Source: the human T2T-CHM13v2.0 reference genome, Homo sapiens
Assembly (NCBI RefSeq): GCF_009914755.1
Contig: NC_060937.1
DNA length: 64,000 nucleotides
Reading direction: 5' to 3' (one strand)
The position numbers and the translations under genes were made by a program. A model generated the notes under the pieces. The model made no database searches, was not told the DNA's origin, and saw only the letters and a list, made by a program, of their open reading frames with translations. The first letter of the stretch is position 1. Every line of letters starts with the position of its first letter. Positions 43,580-55,264 of the stretch are shown here, piece by piece.

Positions 43580-43779
43580 TAGGGTTGCAAGACTTGGCAA
43601 AATAAAATAATATAAAAAATGAGTACATTTAGTGAAGTATGAATTTTAGATAAACAATGAACAACTTTTTAGTATATGTATACCCTACACAACATTTAGG
43701 ACATATTTATATTAAGTATTCATTGTTTACTTGAAATTTAAATTTAACTGACATTTCTATGTTTTATTTGGCAACCCTA
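43580..43779. mobile_element. MER53 palindromic hAT-derived element
   Basis: Terminal inverted repeats TAGGGTTGC...GCAACCCTA; internal TGAATTTTAGATAAACAATGA versus TCATTGTTTACTTGAAATTTA. Confidence 0.8.
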
Positions 43780-46700
43780 GTAGTAGAAAAAACTCGTGTG
43801 TGAACTATCACTGCAGAGTGATCTTATTCCAAACCAGCTTAGGAGCCTGAGACTGTCTAAAGAATTTAAGACACCTGTTTTCAGATAGAAAGAATGAGCT
43901 CAGTATGGGTAATCCACGGCCTTATAAATAATGGGGAATAAATGGTACACAAAACTCTTGGTTGGCCTTACTCTCGGTATTTCTTGGGTTTTATTTCCTT
44001 GAGCCTAAATTCAAGTATGAATTTGCCTAGAAGATGCAGCCCAAGTTTTGGCACTCTAAAAGCTCTATTTCCTCTTTTTCCCCTGGCTGTTAGGAAGCTC
44101 AAAAATAAATCACAGTATTAACTTTTCACTTCTTCATCCTTAAAAAGATAAGCTACCTTAAATCCTTTCAAAAGGGGATGGGCCATAAATTGCCGATTGC
44201 GTCAAATGAGCTGGCTTTCCTTTATGGTAGTCACAGATAGTGAAAGAAATCGTTGTGAAAATTACACATAATAGAAATCACCTTCCTAATTTTTACACCT
44301 TTGGGGAATAGAAAGTACTTTGTTTACTTTAATTCTTCTATAAGTTCAAAATTTGGCTATATGAGTTGAAAATAAGATAGCATCTTGCACTATTGTTGCT
44401 GTGAGGAATATATGCCCCAGAAAAGAAAAGCTATTCTAGAGTTTCAACTTTTATTTATCAAGGACTGTATTCTATAATACATAGAAGAGAGCTGTATCAA
44501 GCAATTTACTGTTTTTAGTTGTTAAAAGTGTTCTACTGCTAAAATCTGAGAAGTGAAAATGTGGCTAAATTTTGAAATGTAATATATGTCTGGGAAATAC
44601 AATAATTTGCAGCATAGCTAAGTTTTGCTCAAGTCTGGTGAGAGAACATGAAAAATTTTCAGACTAGCAATTTGCTGACTAGAAAATGACTATATTTTCA
44701 ATCAGCCTAATATGGCAGTTGTTTTTCATAGGCAAAGAAAAGCTAAGGAAGACTTAGTCTGTAGATATTCAGCATAGCTTGGCAAAATTTAGCTGCTAGT
44801 TTCTTCTTATCCTTGTTATATGTTTCCATATGGGACTTCTTATTATCAAGAAGAAATAATAGAAGTAAACAGAAGCAAGAGGAAAGGTCCAGACTGGCAT
44901 GAATTAACCGCTTGTCAACTACGGTTTTCCTAATGAATTGTCCTGTTGCTCTATATCTCAATGATTATAGTACAACAGCTTTCATTAGTCACTGCAAATA
45001 AGACTTACTGCCACCTTATTTACATTCTATTGCAAATAATTAGCATTTCATATTAGATTCGTCCAAGGCACTTCTGAACTTGCAGCAAGACTATTTGACA
45101 TCATCCAATACTTGATTCCATCCTGAACAGGCTTGAAAACAGATTCTGTGCTTTTTAGTTACAACAGTGTCACCAATGAATTCTACCATAGCTTAAATTC
45201 CTGCCAATATTGTAGCTAGGGATATCAAAATGCTGCAGTAATTAGACCTTGCAAGCCTGACTTCCCTAGTGGTAGAACTGTCACAGAAGGGGAGGAATTG
45301 ATATTCAAAGTTTATAATAACCCAAACCTCTACAATTATTGCTAGAACACGAATGCCACCATTTTAAACAGCAGAAAGCAACTTAAGAAAAAAGCCTTAT
45401 TACAAAGGTAAAAGAGAGAGGGGAAAAATAGCATCATATGCTTTGATGACCAATGTCTTTCCTCTGCTAAAAATTTATAATTACTTATTAAAATTCCAAC
45501 CTGATTATTAACTTGGTGGGGAAATATTTCTCTTGAAAACATAGCTGCCATATTTAACAGAATATAAAAAGCCTATTCCATTCTATGAATTAAAATTTCA
45601 CTTTACAAGTATATTATTCTAGAACTGTATAGATTTGCATGTATTATTTCATATAGCCAAATTTATAGAAAGCATTTTATATAAAACCACTTATTTCTAT
45701 TTCCATATAATTCATATGTTCATATGTCTGTGTGTCCATGTGTGTTTTTGTGTGTCTGGACCTACATATGTCATCTTTTATATGTAACTCATGTATTCTC
45801 TGGAATGCACATACAATAAAACAAGGATCACTGAATCAAATAATGCTGAATTTGTGTGAATGTGTTATTCACAGATAGAACCAGTTAATCTGAGTATAAC
45901 ACTTTGGGAAAGGGCAGCCATCGGTCCCAGGCAATGGCTAGGTCTATTTGCCTGCTCTTATCTGACTTTCCTATCCTATGTTCCATACAATGTACACCTC
46001 CTTATATCTACCTCAGGACCTTATTTTCATGGGATAATTGAGCACCCTGGTCCAGTTAACCAACTCAAGAATCCCCCAATCCTTTACATATTTCTTCCAT
46101 TTGTACTTAGCCATAGATCCAGCCTGAGAGTCTCACTCCTCAATGCCTGGCCAAGAGGGGCTCAGATGGCTGATGTAGTGACCCTTCCCTCATAAGGGAA
46201 GTGATCTGTGGGGCTATTCCGTCTCAACATTTTAGTTTTCAACTGATGGTTTAACTGTCCTAACTAGACATTTAAGAAAAATGAGTAATTGAGTGTTAAA
46301 ATGCAATATAATAAAACATTAGCCTTAGGAACAAAGATGTAAATACAAACACATTAAAAATAAAAGTGTATAAGATTGTTGATGAAGAGGTCCTGGTGAA
46401 TGGAGTAGAAATTAGATGTTAGAAATCAAGAATAATAATAAAATATACTCATCTATAAAGCCTTTTCATATAAATTATCTTTTCTCTTTATAGATATTAA
46501 AAAACTTCAAAGAAATAGAAATGGGTCTCTTTTTACATTAATGTTTTTTTCCTTATCATGTCTTTCAATGGGGCAGTGAATTACTTCTATCTGAAGAAAC
46601 CTCTTCAAAAACAAAGCAACCCTCTGAGGATTTCTTGCAAGGTTACTGTGACCTACAGTTAACAAAGTAGGTGTTTACTCTCCCCTGACAACAGCTGGTG

Positions 46701-46969
46701 GTCAAATCCAGGCTACAGTTCCTTAGTGGTACAGGTGGTTGTTTAGGAAACTGGTAAATGATAATTAGGTCCAATATCCCTGAGGTCACATAGAGCAAAA
46801 AAAACACAATTGTTTGTTATTCAGGGAAGAAGACTTAGAACTTCTCTGGGCTGATCCACAATCTGTCTTCTTCCCAAATGTCTGCCTAAAATGAAACTGG
46901 GAATTTGGAAACTTTTCCATAGGAGTCATTATCAACATCCATCCTTCTTTCTCAAAAAATATGGATAAA

Positions 46970-47190
46970 TGTGTGGGTTTGAATCCCACCTCTGCCATTT
47001 ACTAGCTATTTAACTTTGAGCAAGTTACTTAACCTCTCTGTGTCTAAAGTTCCTCGCCTATGTGTGCGGTATGTGTATACATATATATAAGCCCTGTGCA
47101 TTATGGGATTTTGGAGATGAAGTAAGTTGGTACATATAAGGGCAAAACACTGCCTATCTAGAGTAGGAGCTATATAAGCATTGGCTCTTA
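46970..47190 (+). mobile_element. MIR SINE
   Basis: GGGTTTGAATCCCACCTCTGCCATTTACTAGCT...GCAAGTTACTTAACCTCTCTGTG. Confidence 0.8.
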
Positions 47191-48300
47191 TTTCTATGGT
47201 TAGGAAGACGTGATGTAGAGAAAATAAATAAACCATCATGAACTTGTGAACTTGAAAAGGGAATTTCTTGTCTAGTCTGTTATTAAAAAGGCCTGGCTGC
47301 GGCTTCATACAGAGGGTCTACCACCATACACAATTTGACATGCAGCCCTAATACCCGTATTTTGGTCTCAGACACTCTCTTCCATTAAAGAAGGTGAGTG
47401 TGGACAGTAATTGATTCTAAGTCCTGCAGCAGGGTTTAACAACAACAACAAAAAGTCAAAATGGGCCTGGGATACCTTGTTGTCAACTTTTAAAGATAAA
47501 TTTAAAAATGCCTAGAGTAGTACATGGAAACTTAAAGAAAGTCCTTACTAGACCAGTCTGACAGGGCATCAAAAAAAAAACAGGGCATCAAAAAAAACAA
47601 ATAAATAAAAATAAAGGAGAAAGTCCTACATGAGTTGAAATATATTCTCCTAGTTTCTTGTTTGTTGCTTCATGTTGTAGTATCTGGTAAGGCTAGACAC
47701 CCCCACCGGTTACTCTTTTTATTTTTAATTGTTACTTTATCTAGTTTTTGCTTATTTGCTTTTCCATTTTAAGAATTAGCTTATCTGTTCCTAAGAAAAC
47801 TTCTATAGATAATTTTTATTATAAATGACTTAATGTTGACTGACATCTTTATGAATTAATACATAAAGAATTCCTGGAAATAATTAGGAAAAAGAACTAA
47901 TAACCCAATAAAAATGGGAAAAGAGATTTAAGGTATAAAGATATAAAGAGATTTAAGTTACATAAAAAAGAAAAGATAGAAGAGATAGTGGTAACATTAA
48001 TTGACACTGTAGAAAGAAATTGTGTGTATAAGGGACATAGGTAGGAGTAAAATTTTTGTAAATTTTCCATTTTTAGGTATAATAATGTATTACCTATTAA
48101 AAATAAAGTTATAAAATGAATATAATCATGGTTAATTGGAACAAGTTGACTTATATATAAACATCAATCATGGCATGTAGAAAAGGAAAATTAATATGTA
48201 GACTGTGAAGTAATATAAAAACAGGTGACTATAATAGGATATATTTAACTTTTACCAACACACAGGAAAGTATTGATATTTAATGGAAAAAAGTACTTAC

Positions 48301-48354
48301 GTAGATGAATTTTTCTCTATGTATGGAAGTAGAAAATTGTATACATGGGGAACT
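48301..48354 (-). other. Candidate 54-nt minus-strand exon
   Basis: Acceptor gtttcttacttAG, donor TAC|GTAAGT; frame-preserving length; two frames open. Confidence 0.2.
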
Positions 48355-48944
48355 CTAAGTAAGAAACATGGTTTTACAAAGGTAGGATATATTATAAGAA
48401 GAAGTAGGAAGCTCCAAAGAAGGGCTGTGGGAGGATAAATCAGTCTCTTGAGAGGACAGCTGACTGTGCACCACGAAGCCTCCTAGCTACTGGGAGCTGA
48501 AATCTCTGAATAACTTCACTAATCACAATGAGATGCTCAGAAGGCACAAGAATGTTTCTGGTGAAGTACACTGGAACTGCCTGTGACCAAGACATTCATG
48601 TGGCAAAGAAGAGAGGCATCAGAATTCCTGGCAAGGTGTGAAAATGTCCACCAATGTAATATAAAAAGCTTGACTATAGTCAGTGGACTGGGTCAAAAAA
48701 CCACAGAGCCAGCACTCATCTTGGCAGAAGCATGATCCTAGGTACGTATCAGTCAGGCAATTACTTATGACATTTCCCCTTGGCTGGTCTGAAATCATAT
48801 TGTCTCTTTTTTAGTCTAGTAAGATTACAGTAGCTGTGAGCAGGCACAGAGATAAGAGTTGGAATAATGACCAGAAAGAACTCTAATACAGAAGCAAACA
48901 GTAATTAAATAGATTAGAAAGATACCATTCAATAATTTGTACTA

Positions 48945-49310
48945 CAGCTGCTCCTGGCAGTTGTGTGTGGGGTGAGGAGGAGGTGGGGGTGGAGCATGGG
49001 GTAGGGAGGAGAACAAAAAACAATTTACCATAACGTGGTAGCATGAGATCTTTGTGGTACTGAAATCTGTATCTTGATTGTGATGTTAGTTATTTATACG
49101 TGTGATAAATTGCAAAGACCTATATACAAATACATAACCCACATACAAAAAAAAATGCATGTAAAACTTGTAAAGTCTGAATAAGGCCTGTAGAATGTAC
49201 CAACATCAATTTGCCAATTTCCTGGTTATGTACTAGATATTACTATTGGGGGAAAACTGGGTCCAAGGAATCTTTCTCTACTATTTTTGTGACTTCCGGT
49301 GAATACATTA
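48945..49310 (+). mobile_element. Old L1M (L1MD/MC-like) 3' end
   Basis: CTGTATCTTGATTGTGATG...GATAAATTGCA...GCATGTAAAAC...GGGGGAAAACTGG...ACTTCCGGTGAAT. Confidence 0.7.
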
Positions 49311-49438
49311 ATTTTTTTTTTTTTTTTTTTTTTTTTGAGATAGGGTCTTGCTCTGTTGACCAGGCTGGAGTGCAGTGGTGTGATCTTGGCTCACTGTAGC
49401 CTTGACTTCCTGGGCTCAAGTGATCTTTCCACTTCAGC
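49311..49438 (-). mobile_element. Alu 3' fragment (J-like) with long poly-T
   Basis: T-run, then GAGATAGGGTCTTGCTCTGTTGACCAGGCTGGAGTGCAGTGG. Confidence 0.88.
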
Positions 49439-49569
49439 AAATTGAAATTTATACAAAATACTCTGAATAAAAATAAAATTCAGATGGATCACAGAATTAA
49501 GTATAGGTCTAAAAAAATGAGAGGACAACAGTTTAGTTAGGCTCTTGAGTTGAAAGCTATTACAGTATT

Positions 49570-49790
49570 TGGTTTTATCTGGTCAGCATACTTAAAAAAA
49601 CAGCGAGCCCTAAATTTTAAATGTGACATTTCACATAAAAATGTAGATTTGTGATTTTTCTATGAGAAATAGCAAAACTAGTCTTAGACATCACGTGGCT
49701 GAACTAGGCAGCAACTGGCTTCTTCAGATAGGACACATTCTTCAATTCCCCTCAGGCCTCTGCCTGGCACGCCAATTTCTATTATGTGCC
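49570..49790. mobile_element. MER102-like hAT-Charlie fossil
   Basis: TTTCACATAAAAATGTAGATTT...GGCTGAACTAGGCAGCAACTG...TTCAGATAGGACACA. Confidence 0.4.
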
Positions 49791-50139
49791 TGGTTTCTGG
49801 CAATATTTTTTAGCTTTTATTTCTACTCTACCAGTAGAATAATTTTACACCTTTATGTTTCATAAATCTGGAAGTGCTTGAAAAATTATAAAGGAAAAGT
49901 GTAGCATTTGACTACACAAGGGCAAACAAAACAAAAGGAAATACAATAAACTGAGAAGAGTCCATAGCTTTTATTTTTATTATAAAAGGAGAGATTGTAG
50001 GGTGGAATGCATCACAGAAAAGTAAGTCTGCTATTTTTTTGCTTGTACATTTAGCTATTCCAAGGAAATAACTTAAAAAACAACAACAGGAAAGTAAATA
50101 TAGACTTAGTTAAAGGTAAAATGAAATTGGTATAAAAAG

Positions 50140-50410
50140 TATAGTAGTAGTTGAGAATGTGAGTTCCGGAACCTGACTTTTGAGATTTGAGGCCATTCTG
50201 CCTTGCACTCAAAACACTCTGCTTTTGTTACATTGGCAAGTTAATTCCCTTCCTTGAATCTTCCATTTGCCATCTATAAAGCAGAGACAGTATTACTGTC
50301 TACTTCAAAGGATGTTGAGATGATCACATGAATGTGCATGTGAAATATTTAACACAGTTCCCAGCACCTATCAGTGCTCAATAAAAATGAGATGGTATTA
50401 TTGCTGTCAG
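50140..50410 (+). mobile_element. MIR SINE
   Basis: GGCAAGTTAATTCCCT...CCATCTATAAAG...CAGTGCTCAATAAA. Confidence 0.65.
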
Positions 50411-51842
50411 CATATAATCCCAAATCCTTACCTTACCTGTCTGGTCCCAGCCTACCCTGCTAATTTCTCTAACTGCTTGCCATTCCCCATTATTCCCTTC
50501 TTGTCAACATCACTCTTCTACTGGTTCTTCTAAAAAGCTCAGATCTTTCCTGCCTCCTTGCATTCACTGTTGCTTACCTGCAAACTTCTGGGACCTCCCT
50601 TCACTGTAGCTTGAATGTGACTAAGAAAGGCTTCTGCTGCTTATCATATCTTCTCATTTGTTTCATTGACAGCATAATAAGCTGCTACTTTATTTATTTA
50701 CTTGCTGTTGCAGAAGAAGGTGGACATGTAAAGTCTACAAGGGCATGAACAGCTAGAGCAACCCAGCATCTAAAACAGGTGCTCCCTGGAGCAACACAAT
50801 GAACCTCTATGGAATGAATTTCTTAGCATTAAACTACAAGACATTGGGGAAAAAACTGTCGATTTTATGTCCAACAGCAAATAAAACTTTAAGCTTAAAT
50901 GTTTAATTCTGATTAATGTTCTATAAAGTTCACAGAAAATCCAATTATATAATTATATTAAGAAAGAATATTTGGGACCCAGAGTCAAGCAATAGCACAA
51001 CAAAAAAGAATGCCATTCTGATAAATATTAAGCAATCTAATTAGACAGACACCATATCTACTTCTGTATGACATTTTGACCTGTAAATTGTGCCTTCTCA
51101 CCGTAAAGGCAGCTCTGTAATTACACTGATCACCACAGTTAAAAAGCTTAGAAACAGAATGAGTGAGTAAATCAACGTTGAGACATAATTGCCATATTCA
51201 AAGATCATACGAGTTTGCTTGTTATCTATAGTCCTATATAGTTATTAAAAAATGAAAAAGGAAAATGGTAAGAAGAACCAAAAAGTAAAGTTGCTTAGCT
51301 TTTCACAGCTGAAAAATGTTTGTACCTAAAGTTAGAAAGATTTCTTGCTTATTTTCTGCTGGTTTCACTTGAATTTGAAGATTTTTAACATCTAGATGTC
51401 TTTACTGATCATCTTTCTCAATCCTGGTGTCTTATGTCACTGAAAACACTTAAAAGCCTAGTATTATGAGAACTGATTCACTGTGCTAAACTATGCTGAA
51501 TCTTTGTGGGGTATTAGTTTACGGATTAGATTAGAACAACATCAGCATAATATTCTTAATATAGCCAAAGCGAGTTAATCTCTTATTCTGACCCTCATTG
51601 TTCCATAAGATTTGGTTTGTCATGTTTTCTTATTTGTACAAAATGCTATTTTTTAACATCTTCCTAAAAAAGTCCTCTTGTGAAAAAAAAAGTTTATTGT
51701 TTTCCATTCCTTCAAAATTTAGCTCAAATTATATTCAGTATCTCAAGTATTTTTTTGAGTCTATCTAATATTCTTCTCACTAGTGTTACAACCAACCCCC
51801 TTAATACCAACTTAAAACAAATAGATTGCAAATAACAAATAT

Positions 51843-51926
51843 AATTTACAGACTGAATTATAAATAGGACAAAACAATTAAATATGCTTAATTGTTTTGT
51901 CCTATTTATAATTCAGTCTGTAAATT
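51843..51926. repeat. Perfect 39-bp inverted repeat with 6-nt spacer
   Basis: AATTTACAGACTGAATTATAAATAGGACAAAACAATTAA-ATATGC-TTAATTGTTTTGTCCTATTTATAATTCAGTCTGTAAATT. Confidence 0.97.
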
Positions 51927-51957
51927 CCTTGAGGGCCTGGAGCTTAATTTTTGGTAC

Positions 51958-52257
51958 TTTTTTTTTTTGAGACAGAGTCTCACTCCCATCACCCAGGCTG
52001 GAGTGCAGTGGCAATCACAGCTCACTGCAGCCTCAAATTCCTGGGCTAAGGTGATCCTCCCACCTCAGCCTCTCATGTAGCTGGGACTACAGGCGCACTC
52101 CAACCCGGCCTGCTAGTTTTTTGTATTTTTAGTAGATACAGGGTTTCACCACATTGCCCAAGCCAATCTCAAACTGCTAGACTCAAGCAATCTGCCCACC
52201 TAAGCCTCCCAAAGTGCTGGGATTATGGGATTACGGGTGTGAGTCACTGTGCTGGCC
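51958..52257 (-). mobile_element. AluJ element
   Basis: GAGACAGAGTCTCAC...CAATCACAGCTCACTGCAGCCTCAAATTCCTGGGCT...CAAAGTGCTGGGATTA. Confidence 0.92.
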
Positions 52258-52379
52258 TGATAGATATATATATATCTGATGAAAGGTACCTCTCAAGTTT
52301 TAGGTTTACTTAATCAGTGAAATCAGAAAATTAGAACATTATTTTTAAACTTCAGTTCTCCATCCACCAAAACTGGCAT

Positions 52380-52587
52380 TATGTGTTCCATTTTTTAGTG
52401 GAAAAAGTAGAAAAGAATAGATTAGAAAAGAAAATAGAATACATCACCTGTAGTACAGGTAGAAGTCGTGAAATTTTTGTTTTCAATTTTTGGTAGAGGT
52501 GTGTGTGTGTATGTGTATGTAGTGGGTCTTAGTATATTATGTTTTTCTAAATGTGAGTTGCAGTTAAAAAAGTTCGAAAGCCACTAG
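52380..52587. mobile_element. MER113-like hAT-Charlie fossil
   Basis: AATAGAATACATCACCTGTAGTA...GTGAAATTTTTGTTTTCA...AAAAAAGTTCGAAAGCCACT. Confidence 0.45.
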
Positions 52588-53959
52588 GATAGACAATCTT
52601 TAGGTTCCTTCATTATCTACATTCTTTAATTTCTAAGGCACTCACTTAGAAATGATGTTAACTTTTCTTCTTACATCATAGCTAAGAACTATTACTGAAT
52701 TATAGGCAATTTTATCCAAAGGAGACTATTAAAAAGTGTTTAACAGATAAGCACATTAATGAATATGAAAATGTTCACTATTGAGTAAAACTTGCAAGAA
52801 ATATATATCTAACCATTTCTTTTCCTCAAAACAAATAACAAAGCCAGAACTTAATTTCCGTAAAATCTTTCAATCTAAAACACCCATAATCTGAGTATAA
52901 AGATTGAAAAGAAAATGAAAGGTGCTATTGAAAAACTAGTGTGTAACTTGTGTCTTATCGTCTTATCCTGAAGTTTAAAATAAAACTACCAAAGTTCAGA
53001 TTTCTGAAAAAAAGTCCTTATAAAAGAAAAATATATAACTTTGAAGAATTCTCTACAAGTAAAATTTGAAGAATAATATCTAAGATAGGAAGGTTTAGTT
53101 GTATTAAAGTCTTCTGTACCACCAGTGCCATCGCCCTTTAGGTTTCTGATATATATTTGTGTAGGAAACAAAAATCCCAAGCAAATAGTCACCCCCAATC
53201 TCTTTTCATTATCAACCTCGACAGTTCAAGCACTGTTCAGTGAGGACAGACATGTGGTATGGAATACGACACTTCCCTCTTCAGCACCCATCACCACAGT
53301 CATCACTAAATGAGCACCATGTTCTTTCCAATTGAGCATTTTCCAACCCAGTGCTCAAAGAAGTGAATACCAACCAATGAGTTGTTGGGAGGAGACAGTT
53401 TCTTATTTGGCCCAGGCCAGAATCTATGGCATGATTAGTATGGAAACCAGCTTGTCATCACATACACACACCCTACGCATTCCCAGTATGCATGCCCAAT
53501 TGGCTAATACATACATGCCTTCAGAAATCTGGTTGATTTAAGATTATAATTAGGCATGATATCATCAGGAATTCTAACCTTTCATTGTGTTTAGTTCCTA
53601 AAGTTACCTGACTTGATAAAACTATTTATTTATATGCTTCAAACTGAGGAGTTAGGTCATATATAAAAGGTAGATATTTGGTTCTTATTATCTTCCTTTT
53701 TTGGCTCCCCTTTTAAACTCATGTTCCCATCAAACAGCTTAGTAGGAATGATACATAATACGTGACATTCTGCATTAAAACATATAAGTATCATTTATGG
53801 ATAACAGAGTACTGAGGGTGAAAAAAGAAGATATGAAAAGTGGGTCTAATCCAACAAAAACCACCTAAAGCCCAATTATGAAAAATAAAAGCTTATTTTT
53901 TCCTTTTTTCTCATCAATATCATCTCATATCAAAAGTTAAAGTTTATGAATTATTGAAT

Positions 53960-54290
53960 TGATGAGTAGATTTACCCCTTTAAATCATCTAACTTTGCCT
54001 CTGAGGAGTCATGTCACTTCCTCTTCATGTCAATGTCATGCATGGCTGAGTTGCTACAATCCGCTTTGGCCACTAAAGCTCAAGTCATTCGGAGCCATCA
54101 AATCAATTATAACAGCCGCTGCTGTCTTACACCGACAACCAGTGATTGATAACAAAACCTGTCTGCTTTCAGTTCTCATCTGATAGCAACGACCCAGTCC
54201 CTGCCTTCTCTTACTGGCATTTGTCATAAACCAATAGCAATTCCACCATGCAGAAAGGTGCAGGCGGCTCTCTTCAGTCCATCTGGTCTC
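53960..54290. promoter_or_regulatory. Candidate conserved non-coding enhancer
   Basis: Non-repeat block with retained CpGs and clustered PBX/HOX (CCATCAAATCAAT, TGATTGAT, GTCATAAA), ETS (CACTTCCTC), RFX half-site (ATAGCAAC) and CCAAT motifs. Confidence 0.4.
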
Positions 54291-54372
54291 ATTTTATTTT
54301 CAAATTTTAAAAAATATAACTATTAAGCAAGATTAATGCCAAAAGTTTATTTCTTGAAGTATCTAACATTAC

Positions 54373-54400
54373 CTGTAAGTAATCCCATAATACAGAATCT
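54373..54400 (-). other. Candidate 28-nt minus-strand micro-exon
   Basis: Acceptor aaatttttgtttAG, donor CAG|GTAATG; all three frames open. Confidence 0.25.
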
Positions 54401-55264
54401 CTAAACAAAAATTTAACACCACAGAAGACTCCTATTATTTAACTCAATTTCTAAAGTGAGTCACTAAAACTTTGAAAGAGAAAATTTTACATTCTGAAAT
54501 CTGTGACTTTTATATTTAGTAAGAAAAATCATATTTTCTTTCAGGTTATTCCAGATATGATGTCATGTTTTAAATAGAATGTTTACAAAATATTATAATA
54601 AGACTTCTTGAAAAACAGAATTTTTTTTTACTATTAAGCAATGTCATTACAAAAATGAAATAAAAACAATGCAATATTATAAGCAAATATTAGTAGCACT
54701 GAATATTAATTGCATATAGAAGACTGGTTTTACAGATATGAAAATATAAAATTATTGGCAAAGCTATTAGTTGCAGACTAAAACCAGTACACTTTAGATA
54801 TTTTGTGACGTTAAATAAACACCTGGTCATTTGAAGGAAAAGAAAACAACACTGATCTAATTTGCAGAATTTGAAGAACATTTTGAAAGTCCGTAACACC
54901 TTACTATGCAATCTTCAATGGCAAAAAATATTTAATAAAAAATCTGGATACATTTGACATCGTGTTAGGTGGTGTGCTAAAATAAATGGGAAAGAATGAT
55001 CTTGCAGGTATCTTTCACAGTACAAACAAAACAAAGGCAATTCAAAAGACCATAAGGCATTTATATGAGAGGGAGAAGAGAAGGGAATGAAAGTAACATA
55101 TATCAGGTGTCTATTTTCTATAAGATGGTAACTGATGCTTTACAGACATGATTTCATTGGCTGCTCAAACCCATGAGGTAGATTTTTTTTTCCCCCAACT
55201 TATAAAAATAAAGGCACGGGATCCTGTCAAAGAGACTGAATTTGAATTCAGTTCTGCCTAATTT

